From Azolla caroliniana (taxonomy: Eukaryota > Plantae > Polypodiophyta): a DNA stretch of 64,000 bases. A program made the translations under genes and the position numbers. The notes under the pieces were generated by a model. It searched no databases. It had not been told where the DNA came from and saw only the letters and a list, made by a program, of their open reading frames with translations. Positions 11,938 through 23,496 of the stretch are shown here, piece by piece; the first letter of the stretch is position 1, and each line of letters begins with the position of its first letter. The stretch lies in NCBI GenBank assembly GCA_043228905.1, contig JBHGNT010000005.1, positions 10,230,001-10,294,000 on the forward strand, in the 5' to 3' direction.

Positions 11938-14465
11938 TGTTGAGCGGCAAGCTGAATTGGAGACGGATCGGTTGGATAAGCCTGAGCCGGTGAGCACCCG
12001 GTGAGCAAAAGAGCCGGTGAGCTGGGGAGCCGGTTAGCCAGATCCATCAGTAACCAGAAGCCTAGTGGTAGCTAGACTACTAGGGAGTTATTACTCTCGT
12101 AGTTAGTGTCAGACGCTCGAGTGAGCATTGAAGTACACCGTACTTCTGTCAGTCCGTATGGACCTGTATAAAAGTGTTCGTTGAACACATACGATGTACA
12201 GAGTGTTGATATAATTTTTTGAATAGAGATTCTTGTTCTCTCTCTCTGTCTCTCTCCGCGTACTGTTAAGCTCTCCATTAAACCTGTTCTCTGTTTTCTG
12301 TTTTTTATTGCTTCCGCACGCTATTTGTTTTTACATGGTATCAGAGTGTGAGGGTTGAGAACCTCCGCAGACGACATTTGCTTTCGCAAGAAGAAAACCT
12401 AACCTTTGTAAAGAACAGAAGTAAAAAAAAAACAATGGATAGAGGAATGGCTAGCTCACTTCCGGTGGAGAAGCTCGACAGATCCAACTACGCATCTTGG
12501 TCATACAAGATGCACCAGTACCTGCTTGGGCATGTTTACTGGAGCTATGTCGATGGAGCTAACGACACAACACCTAATGCGGCACACAAGGACTTCCCGG
12601 TATGCGTCCAGTGTCGGAGACCAGCTGCTGAGCCACGTCCGAGATGCCGGGACGCTAAAAGAGGCTTGAGGAAACCTGAAGAAGGTGTTTGCCGCAAGCA
12701 CCACATCCTGGAAGCTGCAACTCCGGTAGGAGTTGAGCAATGTCTGACAGAAGGACATGTCGGTGGCTGATTACATGACCCGAATCAAAGAGATCTGTGA
12801 CTCACTTGCCTCTATCAACGTCACTGTAGAGGAAGACGAGATGGTACAGGTCTGTCTTGGGGGCCTGGTATCTAAGTTCCGAGCTTTCTGGACAACAGTA
12901 TGTACGAGGGAGAATACGTTGTCATTTTTCAACTTACAGTCGATGCTCCTTGTAGAGGAGAACCACGCTGGTGCGTCAACAAGTGCACCCACCGACAACC
13001 GGATGCTGTACACGGAGGCCGATCGGCCCTGTGGGCGTGGTGGACGAGGCGGGTCGGCACACAATGGAGGCGGCCAGCAAGGGCAAGATCGACGGCACAG
13101 AGACCATGCCGACAATAATTCCAGGACTTCCACAAGCAGGGGGAGTCAAGGTGGCGCCGGAGGCTGGCAAGACATTCGCCACGGAATGCTGGTACTGTGG
13201 AAAAAAGGGCCATAGAGAAAGCGAGTGCTGGAAGAAGCGCACCGATTCAGACAGATTTGAATCCGGCAAAACAGGTCAGGAGAACTGGCAAAGCTCGCAC
13301 TACGCACAAGGATCGAGAGGATCCGGTACAGGGAAGATCGGTAAGGGGCCAGCCTTGGTGATGAGACACGAGGCTAACTCGATGAAGAAGACCAATTCCA
13401 AATCGGAGGAAGTGTGGTACGTTGATTCCGGTGCGTCAAATCACATGACGAACCACAAGGAATGGTTCTCCTTCTTGGAGAAACCGGAACAACCAGGAGT
13501 TTTCGAAACCGGAGACGACACTCCTCACCCAATCGTGAATGTCAGAGAAATTCCCCTGAGCCACGTCGGACAGAGGGGGAAGCTGATGAATGTATTACAC
13601 ATTCCGACTATCACGAAGGACCTGATGTCAGTCGGACAGATCATCGACCAGGGAATGCAGGTGCGGTTTATGCACCTCAGGTGCTTCATCGAGGAGGAGG
13701 GCCAGATTATCGCGCAAGGGCGCAGACATGGGAGGATGTTCATCCTCGACACCAATGACGTTGGCACCGCCTTGTTCGCCAAAGGACGGAAGGTTGAATC
13801 GGGCATCGACTTGTGGCACAAGCGGATCAGCCACGTCAATTACCAACGGCTTCAAGACTTGCAAACGAAACAAGTTGTTTTCGGTTTGCCGAAGTTTAGT
13901 GGCCGGAAGGCCCAAGTATGTGAAGCTTGCCAACTCGGGAAGCAACACCGGCTTCCATTCCCCGCCTAACAAAACCGTAGCCGTAACAAGCTCGACCTTA
14001 TTCATTCGGATGTATGGGGACTGGCACAAAACGTGAGTCTTGGCAGGAGTCGATACTTTGTCTCCTTCATCGACGACTATAGCTGGCACACATGGATCTA
14101 CCTCATTGAGCGGAAGAGCAAAGTCTTCGACTGTTTCCGGAACCTCCAGAGCATGGTGGAACGGGAATCGGAGAGGAAGATCAAGTGCCTGCGGTTAGAT
14201 GGCGGAAAAGAATATTTTTCCGGCCAATTCAACAGTTATCTACAGCAAACAGGAATTCGGAGAGAGTTCAACTGCAAATACACACCGGAGCAAAACGGTG
14301 TGGCCGAAAGGAAGAACCAGTTGCTTGTCAACGTGGCAAGGGCAATGCTGGAAGAGAAGAGCATGCCCCATTTCTACTGGGCGGAGGTAGTCCGGACGAC
14401 CGTCTACATCCAAAACCTGATCGGTGACAAGGTGTCCGCGCATGAGCTGTATTTCGGGCGCAAGC
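11938..14465 (+). mobile_element. Copia-Y 5' half: LTR 11938-12335, Met PBS 12336-12346, gag-PR-INT truncated by a deletion
   Basis: TGTTGA...TTTTACA followed by TGGTATCAGAG. Motifs KLDRSNYASWSYKM, CWYCGKKGHRESEC, WYVDSGASNHM, YTPEQNGVAERKN. Confidence 0.92.
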
Positions 14466-15933
14466 AGCAAAAAGACTGGGAAGACCGCGCTCGAGGCCAA
14501 ATAAACCAAAAGGTGAAGCAGAAGATGGAGGATTTTTAGCGATTGCATCAGGATGACAAGCATTTGGATGCGGAGCACAAAAAGCTGATTGCAGAAGGTG
14601 ACCGGTAGCAGGAGAAGCTAGGGGAACTCCGGAATGAGGAGCAATAGCCTGTTAGGAAACAAGTCCCTTCGGATGGGAAGTGAGAAGAACAGTGTTGATG
14701 AGCAACTCGGCCGAATCCGGATGTGGAGTACCCGGCAACGGAAGACCCGGTGAGAACCGAATGTGGAGTACCCAGCAACGGAAGACCCGGTGAGAACCGG
14801 ATGACGAGTACCCGACAAGGAAGACCCGGTGAGAACTGGATGTTGCAGGCCCGGTGAGAACCTCTCATCGGACGGAAGGGACATATATGTAAATATGTTC
14901 TAGAGAGCCCACTGGGGCTATATTTGTAAATAGCCCGAAAGTCATATTAGTATAAATATGACCTAGGGCAAACTTAATAGTGTATGATGTAGAGTTGGTT
15001 GTGTTATTATCGTTGTTGCGATAATTTGGAGCGGAACTGTGTACAGAGAAGAGAGAGAGAGAGAGAGAGAGAAGAAGAGGTTGTTGCCTCTGTTGTAACC
15101 GCCTGGTGGCAAAGCGAGGGAGCAAGAGGTCGTTGCCTCTGTGCCCCATTGTTGTAATCTTGATATAGTGATATTTTGCAGTTTGAGGACTGCCGTGGTT
15201 TTTCCCAGATTTGGGTTTTTCACGTTAACATCCAGTGCACTCTCTTCTTTACTATTTTTTTCGTGTGTAGATACATCTCACCACATCCCTGTTTTCTGTG
15301 CTTGATCCGACGTCTCGGTTGTGGCCGAGCATAGCAAAGGAAACCGTATTCCTTACACAGCCGCAACCGAGGGAGCAACTACCCGATGAACCGTTGGAAC
15401 CCCTAGACCAGAGCATTCTGGACATTTTGGAGGAGGAATGAAGGGGCTAACCGTGGGTTCGACGTACAATGTATTGTCCCATGGGCGTGCCCTGTGTTGG
15501 CCGGTTAGGCCAGAGTATGAAAGGGGGAGCTGGTTTTGGGAGTTGTAATTAGTTAAATTATGATAATTATAAGAGCGAACGGACGGACCCGGAATCGGTA
15601 TGCCGATCCGGATCTGAACCGGTTCGTAGTCGGTTGCCGATTGGCACCGGTTTGTAACCCAGTCGGATACCTATAAAAGGATTCGGAGACGATGTAAGTA
15701 ACGATGGATAATTAATTGAGAAGTGTTTTGTCTTTACATATTGTTTATCTTGTTAATATTGTTTTGTGCTTAATGTGATTATCATACGCGTGTATCAAGT
15801 TAATCATTCCGGATAGTAACCGGGAAGGATCGGTTCTGTATCACGGTCTGCACATTCCTTACCGTACCACCCTTTGGTGAAGTGTTCCAAAGGGACACCC
15901 TGTGTTAGCGGTTTGTCTAACCCGGTGACAACA
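14466..15933 (+). mobile_element. Gypsy-E copy 1: remnant of the extra ORF plus 3' LTR 15495-15933, interrupted by a Copia-X solo LTR
   Basis: 14466-14649 and 15358-15441 are homologous to 38660-38830 and 39840-39916 (EPLEPLDQSILDILEEE*). LTR termini TGTTG...CAACA. Confidence 0.8.
14650..15357 (+). mobile_element. Copia-X solo LTR (708 bp) with ~41-bp internal tandem repeats
   Basis: TG...CA termini and a 5-bp TSD TAGCC/CAGCC (one C>T). No internal domain. Confidence 0.85.
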
Positions 15934-16600
15934 CTGAGCAGACAAGCTGACCAAGGAGGTCGAGGTGCGCAGAATCGGACGAGTCGTGGGAAGCAGAACC
16001 GGATTGAACGAGGAGTGCAAGCAAGGCAGGAGGACGTTAAAAGGAGCCAGAGGAAAGGATCGGCTACTACAGATACTAACACCACAATCCGACCTAAAAT
16101 TGAGCTTGAGGGGAGTGTTGAGCGAGCAAGCTCAACCGTATCCGGATCGGCTGAACAAGCCAGAGCCGGATCGGTATCCGGATCGGAGAGCTGGAACGGT
16201 GTCCGGATGGTATCCAGAACCAGGAGCCGGATCGGTGGGTCGGATTAGAGAGCCGGATTCAAATGTGAACCGGAAGGCTAGTAGTAGCCTATACTCCTAT
16301 ACTACTAGGTAGTCAGATTCCTTGTAGTTAGTGTCAACTGCTCGTATGAGCATTGAAGTACATAGTACTTCTGTCAGTCCTTTCGAGGACTTGTATAAAT
16401 AGTTTTGTTTAGCACGTTGTATGCATTGAGTGATACAGAATCTTATTTTTTTAATAGAGTTTATGTTTTGCTCTTTCTGTCTCTCTATCTCTCCCGTGTA
16501 TGCTAAATACTCTCAAGCTTCCATTGAACCTGTGTTTTTTATTCTCTGTTGCTACTCGGCTAAACCGGTTTTGTTAAGCTTCCGCACACTAACTTTTACA
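15934..16600 (+). mobile_element. Copia-Y 3' end: 3' region, PPT and LTR 16116-16600
   Basis: GAGCTTGAGGGGAG followed by TGTTGAG...TTTTACA. Homologous to LTRs 25650-26091 and 30713-31108. Confidence 0.88.
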
Positions 16601-16782
16601 TATAACCAGACCTAAGCCCTCGCGACAAGTTCACACTTGGTCCATATGGGTTGTCTCAACACCTTGGATTAAAAGTAATCCTCCCGTCTTTACACTCTCG
16701 ATTATGCCTCACACTTGATCCTCGTGTATAAAATACTATGATACAACTTACCATAGGATAAATTATGGTCATGCCCATAACA
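16601..16782 (-). mobile_element. 5' end of an LTR of the same family as 1-1253
   Basis: Shares GGATTAAAAGTAATCCTCCC..CTTTACACTCTCG...TATGGTCA.GC.C.TAACA with 1135-1253. Confidence 0.65.
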
Positions 16783-17429
16783 TATACAAAGCCTATGCAT
16801 ACCCATACATAAGATAAATAATCTAAATTCACCTAGAACATTAACGATTACACATAGTTCATTCCTATATGCATACTAGTATGCACACAATTAAAATTAA
16901 TATATATTTTCTTACCTTTTCAATATATACTTACACCAAGGCAACGAGACACTCACATTCATGCGTATACATTATCATAACCATTCATATATTTGCACAT
17001 ATAAACACACATTAACATGTAACATATACAAAGTGCACGCACACAAATATATTTATAGCACACATTCACCTACATACATACACTCATATAGAGTCACACA
17101 CATATTTACAAACATACACTTCTACATAAAAATATAAATATTAAAAACAAACAAAAAAGACATATAATAATATATTCACACTTGTGCGCACTCATACATG
17201 GAACAACTCGTCCGTGTATGAGAATACTAAGTGAAATGTTAGTTTATTTCCCCAAAGGGAACTAAGTGTGGAAATATATAACTTTGAGCAATTTTGACAT
17301 CAGTGACTCGACCAATCCCATCGTCTCTGGTTCTAGTCCCTAATGTCTCACTCTGGTTTCACACACATGCATGTACGGTTCACAACATTGTTCTTTCTAA
17401 ACTCTATGAATGTAGGCTCCATCCCAAGT

Positions 17430-17670
17430 TGTAGATATGTGAGTTTGATCTTACCTCCATGGAGTTTCGAAGCTACCTTCATCTTTTGGATGACATCAAC
17501 ATGGACAATAAAAAGGTTGTTGGAAAAATGTGAGTTTGATCTTACCTCCGTGGAGTCTTTTTTATGACATCACCATGGATGATAAAAAGGGTTTTACAAT
17601 ACATGATTGGGAGGTCAAAAAATACATGAATAATGTTCAAAATTTCCTCGGTTTTGCTAACTTCTTTCAA
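17430..17670 (+). pseudogene. Old Ty3/gypsy RT thumb relic containing a ~91-bp tandem duplication
   Basis: Fragments LEKCEFD, ITMDDKK and VQNFLGFANFF. TGTGAGTTTGATCTTACCTCC occurs at ~17438 and ~17529. Confidence 0.6.
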
Positions 17671-18975
17671 GGACATTATGTGTGTGCGTGTGCGTGTGTG
17701 CGCATGACAAGGACATTCATGTCTCAACATGTTAACATGGATGATAGGTATGCGATATATGCATAAGGGTAGAAATGCAATGTGTATTGACTCTTATTAT
17801 GTATATGGTATTGCTTATACAAAATATTAATAAAAATTGGAAACATTAATAGTATCTTGTGGTTGGGTGGTTGGCCAAACAATGGCATTCAGAAATTGTA
17901 AAAGGCGAGATAAATGTAAATTGAAGTACCATGTATTTCACATGTACCATAAAACACCTAGTGTGTACGTAACACATCAAAGGTACCTAAATTGCATGAA
18001 GTACTTAGAGATAACACATAACGTGGATGTGGTACATGACGCTTCACATAACAAAAGTTTGTTGAATCATGATTCTTGTTTCACATCCAAGGAAAATACT
18101 ACAAATTTTTGTGATACCCATAATCATAATTTCTTATCGTTTTCGCTTATTTCTTTCAAAGTGTCGGGAAAGACTACAAAAATCTTTTATAACCAAGGAT
18201 TATAATTGAGGCGTACATGAACGCAGTGGGTGGGAAGAGGCATATGTTGATGATCGGTACGTGGCACACGAAAGTGGTTATTGGGCGAACGGGGAACTGT
18301 ACTCTAAGAGGTGTGTGTAATGTTGAGAATTTGTACACAGGACACGAAGGTGGCCGATGTGCACCTACCATGGACAAATGGATGGATGGATGGGCACATG
18401 GCCCTGTGTGAGACAATTGATTGAACAACCGATGTGTGGTGTGGGTGTCGCATGAGTCAGGAGGAGGAGGAGGAGACACATCGATTAGGTTAGGTAAGGT
18501 AAGGTAGGTAAAGGTCAAGCATCTCAAAAAAATGTACCGCCCTTACATCGGAAAGAAGAATCGGTGGATGAAGGAGTTTGGATATGCAAAATAGACAAAG
18601 TCACGAACCAAAATTGATGGATGGATGGATGGATGGATGGACACTTTCTCTGCCCTCTTCCCCTCTCCATGTCCATAAGGAAAGAAAGCCGAGGAATCTC
18701 GATCGCCCCTCCGGATCAAACCTTCCGTTTTCCATAGCCCAATATCAGAGATTCTCAGTGAGCTTCTCCTTCCACACAGAACCTGAGTCGCCCATGTTTC
18801 CCTTCCATGAATGATTGGTTCCTCCTTATCGCTGCGCATTTCCATTCTATTATTATAGCTATCGCCTTCATCGCCCAATATCCCCAAACGCCTGAACCTC
18901 ACCATTGTGACCCACGAAGAAGGAAGGAAGCCTGGAAGAAGAACACTTAACAGTCCAACTGTTCTCTGCTACAAA

Positions 18976-20124
18976 ATGAAGGTGAACAAGCTGTTACGCC
19001 TGCAGATGAAGGTGGTGGTGGTGGTGGTGATGATGGTGGTGGCATCTTTCACTGCATACGCATTGCCGAATCTACCCAACTCACTTGGGCCCCTGAATGA
19101 GCTAGTAGCAGGGGTATGGAGCGATTTCAGGAACCTTGTGGATGCAGGCCTAGGGGACTCTAGACCCGAGATTGTCCATCTCAAGCTATACTTGGCCCAA
19201 TTTGGCTACCTTAACCTCACGTCTACTAGTTCCAGTGGTGGCCTAGGCAACTTGACCCAACTTTTCGACTCCCACACCCTGGCTGCCCTCCAACTTTACC
19301 AACAAAGTTTCAACCTAAGTGTCACCGGGAAACTAGACGTTCCCACATTACTTCGCCTCATGACCCCTCGATGCGGCCGAGAAGATGTGGCCGATGGTAT
19401 CCCACTTATGCTTCATTCCACCCCTTCCTATGACCATGTTGTCGGACACTATGCTTTCTTCCCTTCCAAGCCCACCTGGCCTACCTCGAGACGGAACCTC
19501 ACTTACGCGTTTAGCTCCTCGAATGAGACCGGCCATGTCGAACTAAATGATCGGCGTCGTGCCTTCGCTGCCGCATTTGCCGAATGGGCGGCCGTTGTAC
19601 CCGTCAACTTTACTGAGGTCGACGTGTACTCTCATGCGGACATTAAGATCGAGTTTGTCTCCTTCTCGCATGGCGACGGTGAGCCTTTCGATGGCGTCCT
19701 CGGCGTCTTAGCACATGCGTTCTCCCCCACCGATGGCCGGTTCCATCTTGACAATTCCGAGTTCTGGAACTTGTTTAGCTTTGGGAGCACAGGCACTTTA
19801 CCGCAACAAATTGACTTACAATCCGTTGTGACCCACGAGATTGGGCACTTGCTTGGCCTAGCTCATTCACCCATCGAAAATGCCATCATGTATCCAAGCA
19901 TTGCACCTGGACAAGTTAAACTTCAACTACAACAAGATGACATCCAGGGCGCACAAGCACTCTACGGTGCAAACCCAAATTATGACCCCGATAGCCCACT
20001 TCCTGGGGTACCCCCTGCACTTGGAGATCTTAGTAATCATGCAAACCCTCTTATTCTCCCTTCTCTATCCTTATTCTTGTGCTTTTTCTCTCTTCTCTCC
20101 CTTGTACTATTATATACAATATAG
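18976..20124 (+). CDS. MMP: Plant matrix metalloproteinase (peptidase M10A), intronless, 382 aa from the first ATG (alternative ATG at 19006)
   Basis: Hydrophobic signal peptide, PG-binding-like prodomain (YLAQFGY...YQQSFNL.VTGKLD), Cys switch PRCGRED, HGDGEPFDG..GVLAHAF, zinc motif HEIGHLLGLAH, Met-turn AIMYP, C-terminal hydrophobic TM/GPI signal. Confidence 0.95.
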   Translation: MKVNKLLRLQMKVVVVVVMMVVASFTAYALPNLPNSLGPLNELVAGVWSDFRNLVDAGLGDSRPEIVHLKLYLAQFGYLNLTSTSSSGGLGNLTQLFDSHTLAALQLYQQSFNLSVTGKLDVPTLLRLMTPRCGREDVADGIPLMLHSTPSYDHVVGHYAFFPSKPTWPTSRRNLTYAFSSSNETGHVELNDRRRAFAAAFAEWAAVVPVNFTEVDVYSHADIKIEFVSFSHGDGEPFDGVLGVLAHAFSPTDGRFHLDNSEFWNLFSFGSTGTLPQQIDLQSVVTHEIGHLLGLAHSPIENAIMYPSIAPGQVKLQLQQDDIQGAQALYGANPNYDPDSPLPGVPPALGDLSNHANPLILPSLSLFLCFFSLLSLVLLYTI

Positions 20125-21300
20125 CAACAACTATATTGTTCTTCCATGTTTAATGGGTATACACACAACCACATCCTAGCATTGCTAACGCCATTGATTA
20201 TACTCAATAGAATCTCTTGCATCTTGCAACCATGTCTTCTTTCAAACATTAAATGGTGTCTTCTTTGGGAATGTGCATATGTAATATGTGACTAATTGTT
20301 GACAAGCAAGAGAGAGAAAGTGTGGTCCTCTATTACATAGGCTAGAAGTTCCATCCTTGTCCTTCAATAATAGATGTTAGCTTCTAAAACATGAGCCAAG
20401 TGAATAGTTGAGTTTTCATTCTAACCTCTAAATAAGAATATGTATTTCCTCACTTCCACTTGCGACTATTGTTGTATAACTTTGCGCCCAAAGCTTGAGT
20501 AACTTGTCTAACTATCGTAAGCCATCATCATTTGACCTCATTTGATATGGGTAAATGCTCTTGTAATTTTGGTAGTTGAGCAAGAGATTGTCATAAGCCA
20601 ACATCATTTTAATTCATTCAATATATGGATAAATTCTCTCTACATTTTGGAAGTTAAGTCTCGAGGACTTCTTGCATGAGTAGGTTTAGAGTGGTCATGT
20701 AATCTTCCAAAAAGAAATCTTGGATCCTTCTTTCTAAAATATCCATTGAGAGAATAGGCCAAATTGGTATACTAGGTACTCTCTTTACACACTAGGTAGA
20801 ATAGGCCAATTTGGTATACTTATAATGGCCGAAAGAATAGGCCAATTTGGATCCAATATTATACTTTATGGTGGTTGATTGTTATGTATCGGGAAGAAGT
20901 TGTTATGTTGAAAAACTTATAGATTTGCATCTAAGAAATTTCCATCCTCTGGATTTAATTAGGCTATTTGGCGGTCTCAATCTCCTTAGGATGGCCATGA
21001 ATATGAAGAAATAATGTTGCAACATGTTACAAAATCTCCAATTAAGTGATTGATAGTATCATTGTTAAAACCATTGTACAAGTTTTGTGAGGAGCAAGAA
21101 TGATCAACCTATCCATAACGATAAGAGACTACATTAAATGATGGGGATATTATATGCAAAATTATGTGGGGCCATTGGTACTACAATCTAATGATAGAAC
21201 ACATCATTGACTTGTAAAAGGACAAATTCTAAACTCTTAAAGTCCTAATGATATCAATTAACTACTTTCTCATAGAGTTTGGTCATGTGCCTCTAATACC

Positions 21301-21722
21301 ATGCCCCTCATTAAATAGCTAATTAGTTTTAGAAGGTTCCATAATGCCACTCAGAGCAAAAATTTGATGGGTGTCATGCCCGTCAAAAACATACACCTAA
21401 TAAAAATGTAATGTCGCGTCAAGTGACATATAATGTTTAAATTTCCATTTTCATGTGAAAGGTCCCTAAAAATTATACATGTCAAATGACATGCCAAAAT
21501 TTTATTTTCCATGACCCTCGTTAAATAGCTAAATAGTTTTAGAAGGTTCCACAATGCCACTCAGAGCAAAAATTTGACGGGTGTCATGCCCGTCAAAAAC
21601 ATACACCTAATAAAAATGTATGTCGTGTCAAGTGACCTATAATGTTTAAATTTCCATTTTCATGTGAAAGGCCCCTAAAAATTATACATGTCAAATGACA
21701 TGCCAAAATTTTATTTTCCATG
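21301..21722. repeat. Direct tandem duplication with a 210-bp period
   Basis: 21301-21510 is near-identical to 21511-21720. Confidence 0.9.
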
Positions 21723-21729
21723 TCATATA

Positions 21730-23121
21730 CAGTAGACATTCGGTTAAGTGCGTGCCCACTTAAATGTGCCATTCTATTAAGTGCGCTTTTTATAGAGGTC
21801 AAAATAGAGATCATAAAAATTTCATTGTTTCATGATGAAATTACATAAAACCAAATTGAAACTATATTCTAAACATTCAAAAAACAACAAAATGATCAAC
21901 ATTTAATAAAATTGATTTTGTGAACCACAAAATGAATTGAACTTAGATCTTGCATTCCTACCATTGCATAGGTTGGGTGAGGGTCAATGAAGTGAAAACT
22001 ATCGATTGGTTAATCAATTAATAGCTCATTATGTGGACTCATATTAGGGGAAAGCTATTAATTGATTAATCGCTCATTATGTGAGCTCACATAAAGGAAA
22101 AACTATTAATCGATTAATAACTCATTATGTGGACTCATATTAGGGAAAGCCATTAATTGATTAATAGTTCATTATGTGAGGTCATATAAAGGAAAAACTA
22201 TTAATCGATTAATAGCTCATTATGTGGACTTACATTAGGGGAAAGCTATTAATCGATTAATAGCTCATTATGTGGATTCACATTAGGGGAAAGCTATTAA
22301 TCAATTAATAGCTCATTATGTGAACTCACATAAAGGAAAAACTATCAATCGATTAATAGCTCATTATGTGGACTCACATTAGGGGAAAGTTATTAATTGA
22401 TTAATAGCTCGTTATGTGGACTCACATTAGGGGAAAACTATTAATCGATTAATAGCTCGTTATGTGGACTTACATAAAAGAAAAACTATTAATCAATTAA
22501 AAGCTCATTATGTGGACTCACATGAAGGGAAAGCTATTAATCGATTAATAGCTCATTATGTGGACTCACATGAAGGGAAAGCTATTAATCGATTAATAGC
22601 TCATTATGTGGACTCACATGAAGGGAAAGCTATTAATCGATTAATAGCTCGTTATGTGGACTCACATAAAAGAAAAACTATTAATTGATTGATAGCTCGC
22701 TACTCTTAGGTATTTTTGTAGCACTATCTCAACCAAGTACGTGGATCGTTTCTCCTAAACCACATGCCACAATTCAAACTAACGACATCACGCACAATCT
22801 CTAAACGATTACAATCTAAAATATGTAGAGAATCAGGCCATCTAAACTATCCACAAGACCTCCCTTCTCTTCAGAATCTTTCTCTCGTATTCATAGCATA
22901 GACACCAAAAAATAGACATAAGAAAGAAATGTGGTGAGTGACATGGATTGTAGCAGCGTGGGAGCGATTATAGCAGCAAGGAGGGCCTCAACGATGGCTG
23001 TTGGGGTTGGGCTTTCTGAAAATTCGAACAGGAAAGAAAAAATTGGGATTTTTTTTATTATTACTAAAAAAGCCCTATATGCGCAGCTCAGTTAAGTGCG
23101 CACTTAACCGAATGTCTACTG
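21730..23121. mobile_element. Non-autonomous Tc1/mariner (pogo-like) DNA transposon, 1392 bp
   Basis: Perfect 23-bp TIR CAGTAGACATTCGGTTAAGTGCG at 21730-21752 and 23099-23121, flanked by TA on both sides. No transposase ORF. Confidence 0.9.
21995..22700. repeat. 48-49 bp minisatellite, ~14 copies
   Basis: Unit GCTATTAATCGATTAATAGCTCATTATGTGGACTCACATGAAGGGAAA, containing the 22-bp palindrome AGCTATTAATCGATTAATAGCT. Confidence 0.95.
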
Positions 23122-23496
23122 TATGTATGTATATACTATTAATTATGTATAATAATATATTTATATTATATGTTTTTTAGAACAACCTTAAAATAATATC
23201 ATCATCATCATGTAATAATAATATATATTCTCAAATCTTTATTTTGTACTAATAATATTAGTTGAAATTTGATTAAAATTTTAAACAATAATCTTTATTA
23301 AATATGTACTTTAAGAGTGTAAACTCTAGGTTTGATATTAATGTTTACATTTTAAGCTAAAACTAAATTTTTTACTAACCTTTTTTTCTTATTAGTAAAA
23401 ACATTAAGAAGATATTTATTTTATGCATTTCATTATTATCTTTGTGAGGTAGTTATGCGAAATTGTGTATCTTTGTGTACCTTTTATAATAATGAC

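Noticed and set aside
11938-16600. One Copia-Y element bounded by LTRs 11938-12335 and 16116-16600
   Set aside because: The LTRs differ in length and sequence, and the flanks AAGTT/TATAA do not form a TSD.
18907-18975. MMP start at the ORF-track GTG
   Set aside because: For a eukaryotic gene, the ATG at 18976 or 19006 places the signal peptide at the N-terminus.
21995-22700. CRISPR-like array of palindromic repeats
   Set aside because: Units are contiguous with no unique spacers, there are no cas genes and the context is eukaryotic. ORF 22464-22688 is just the translated repeat.
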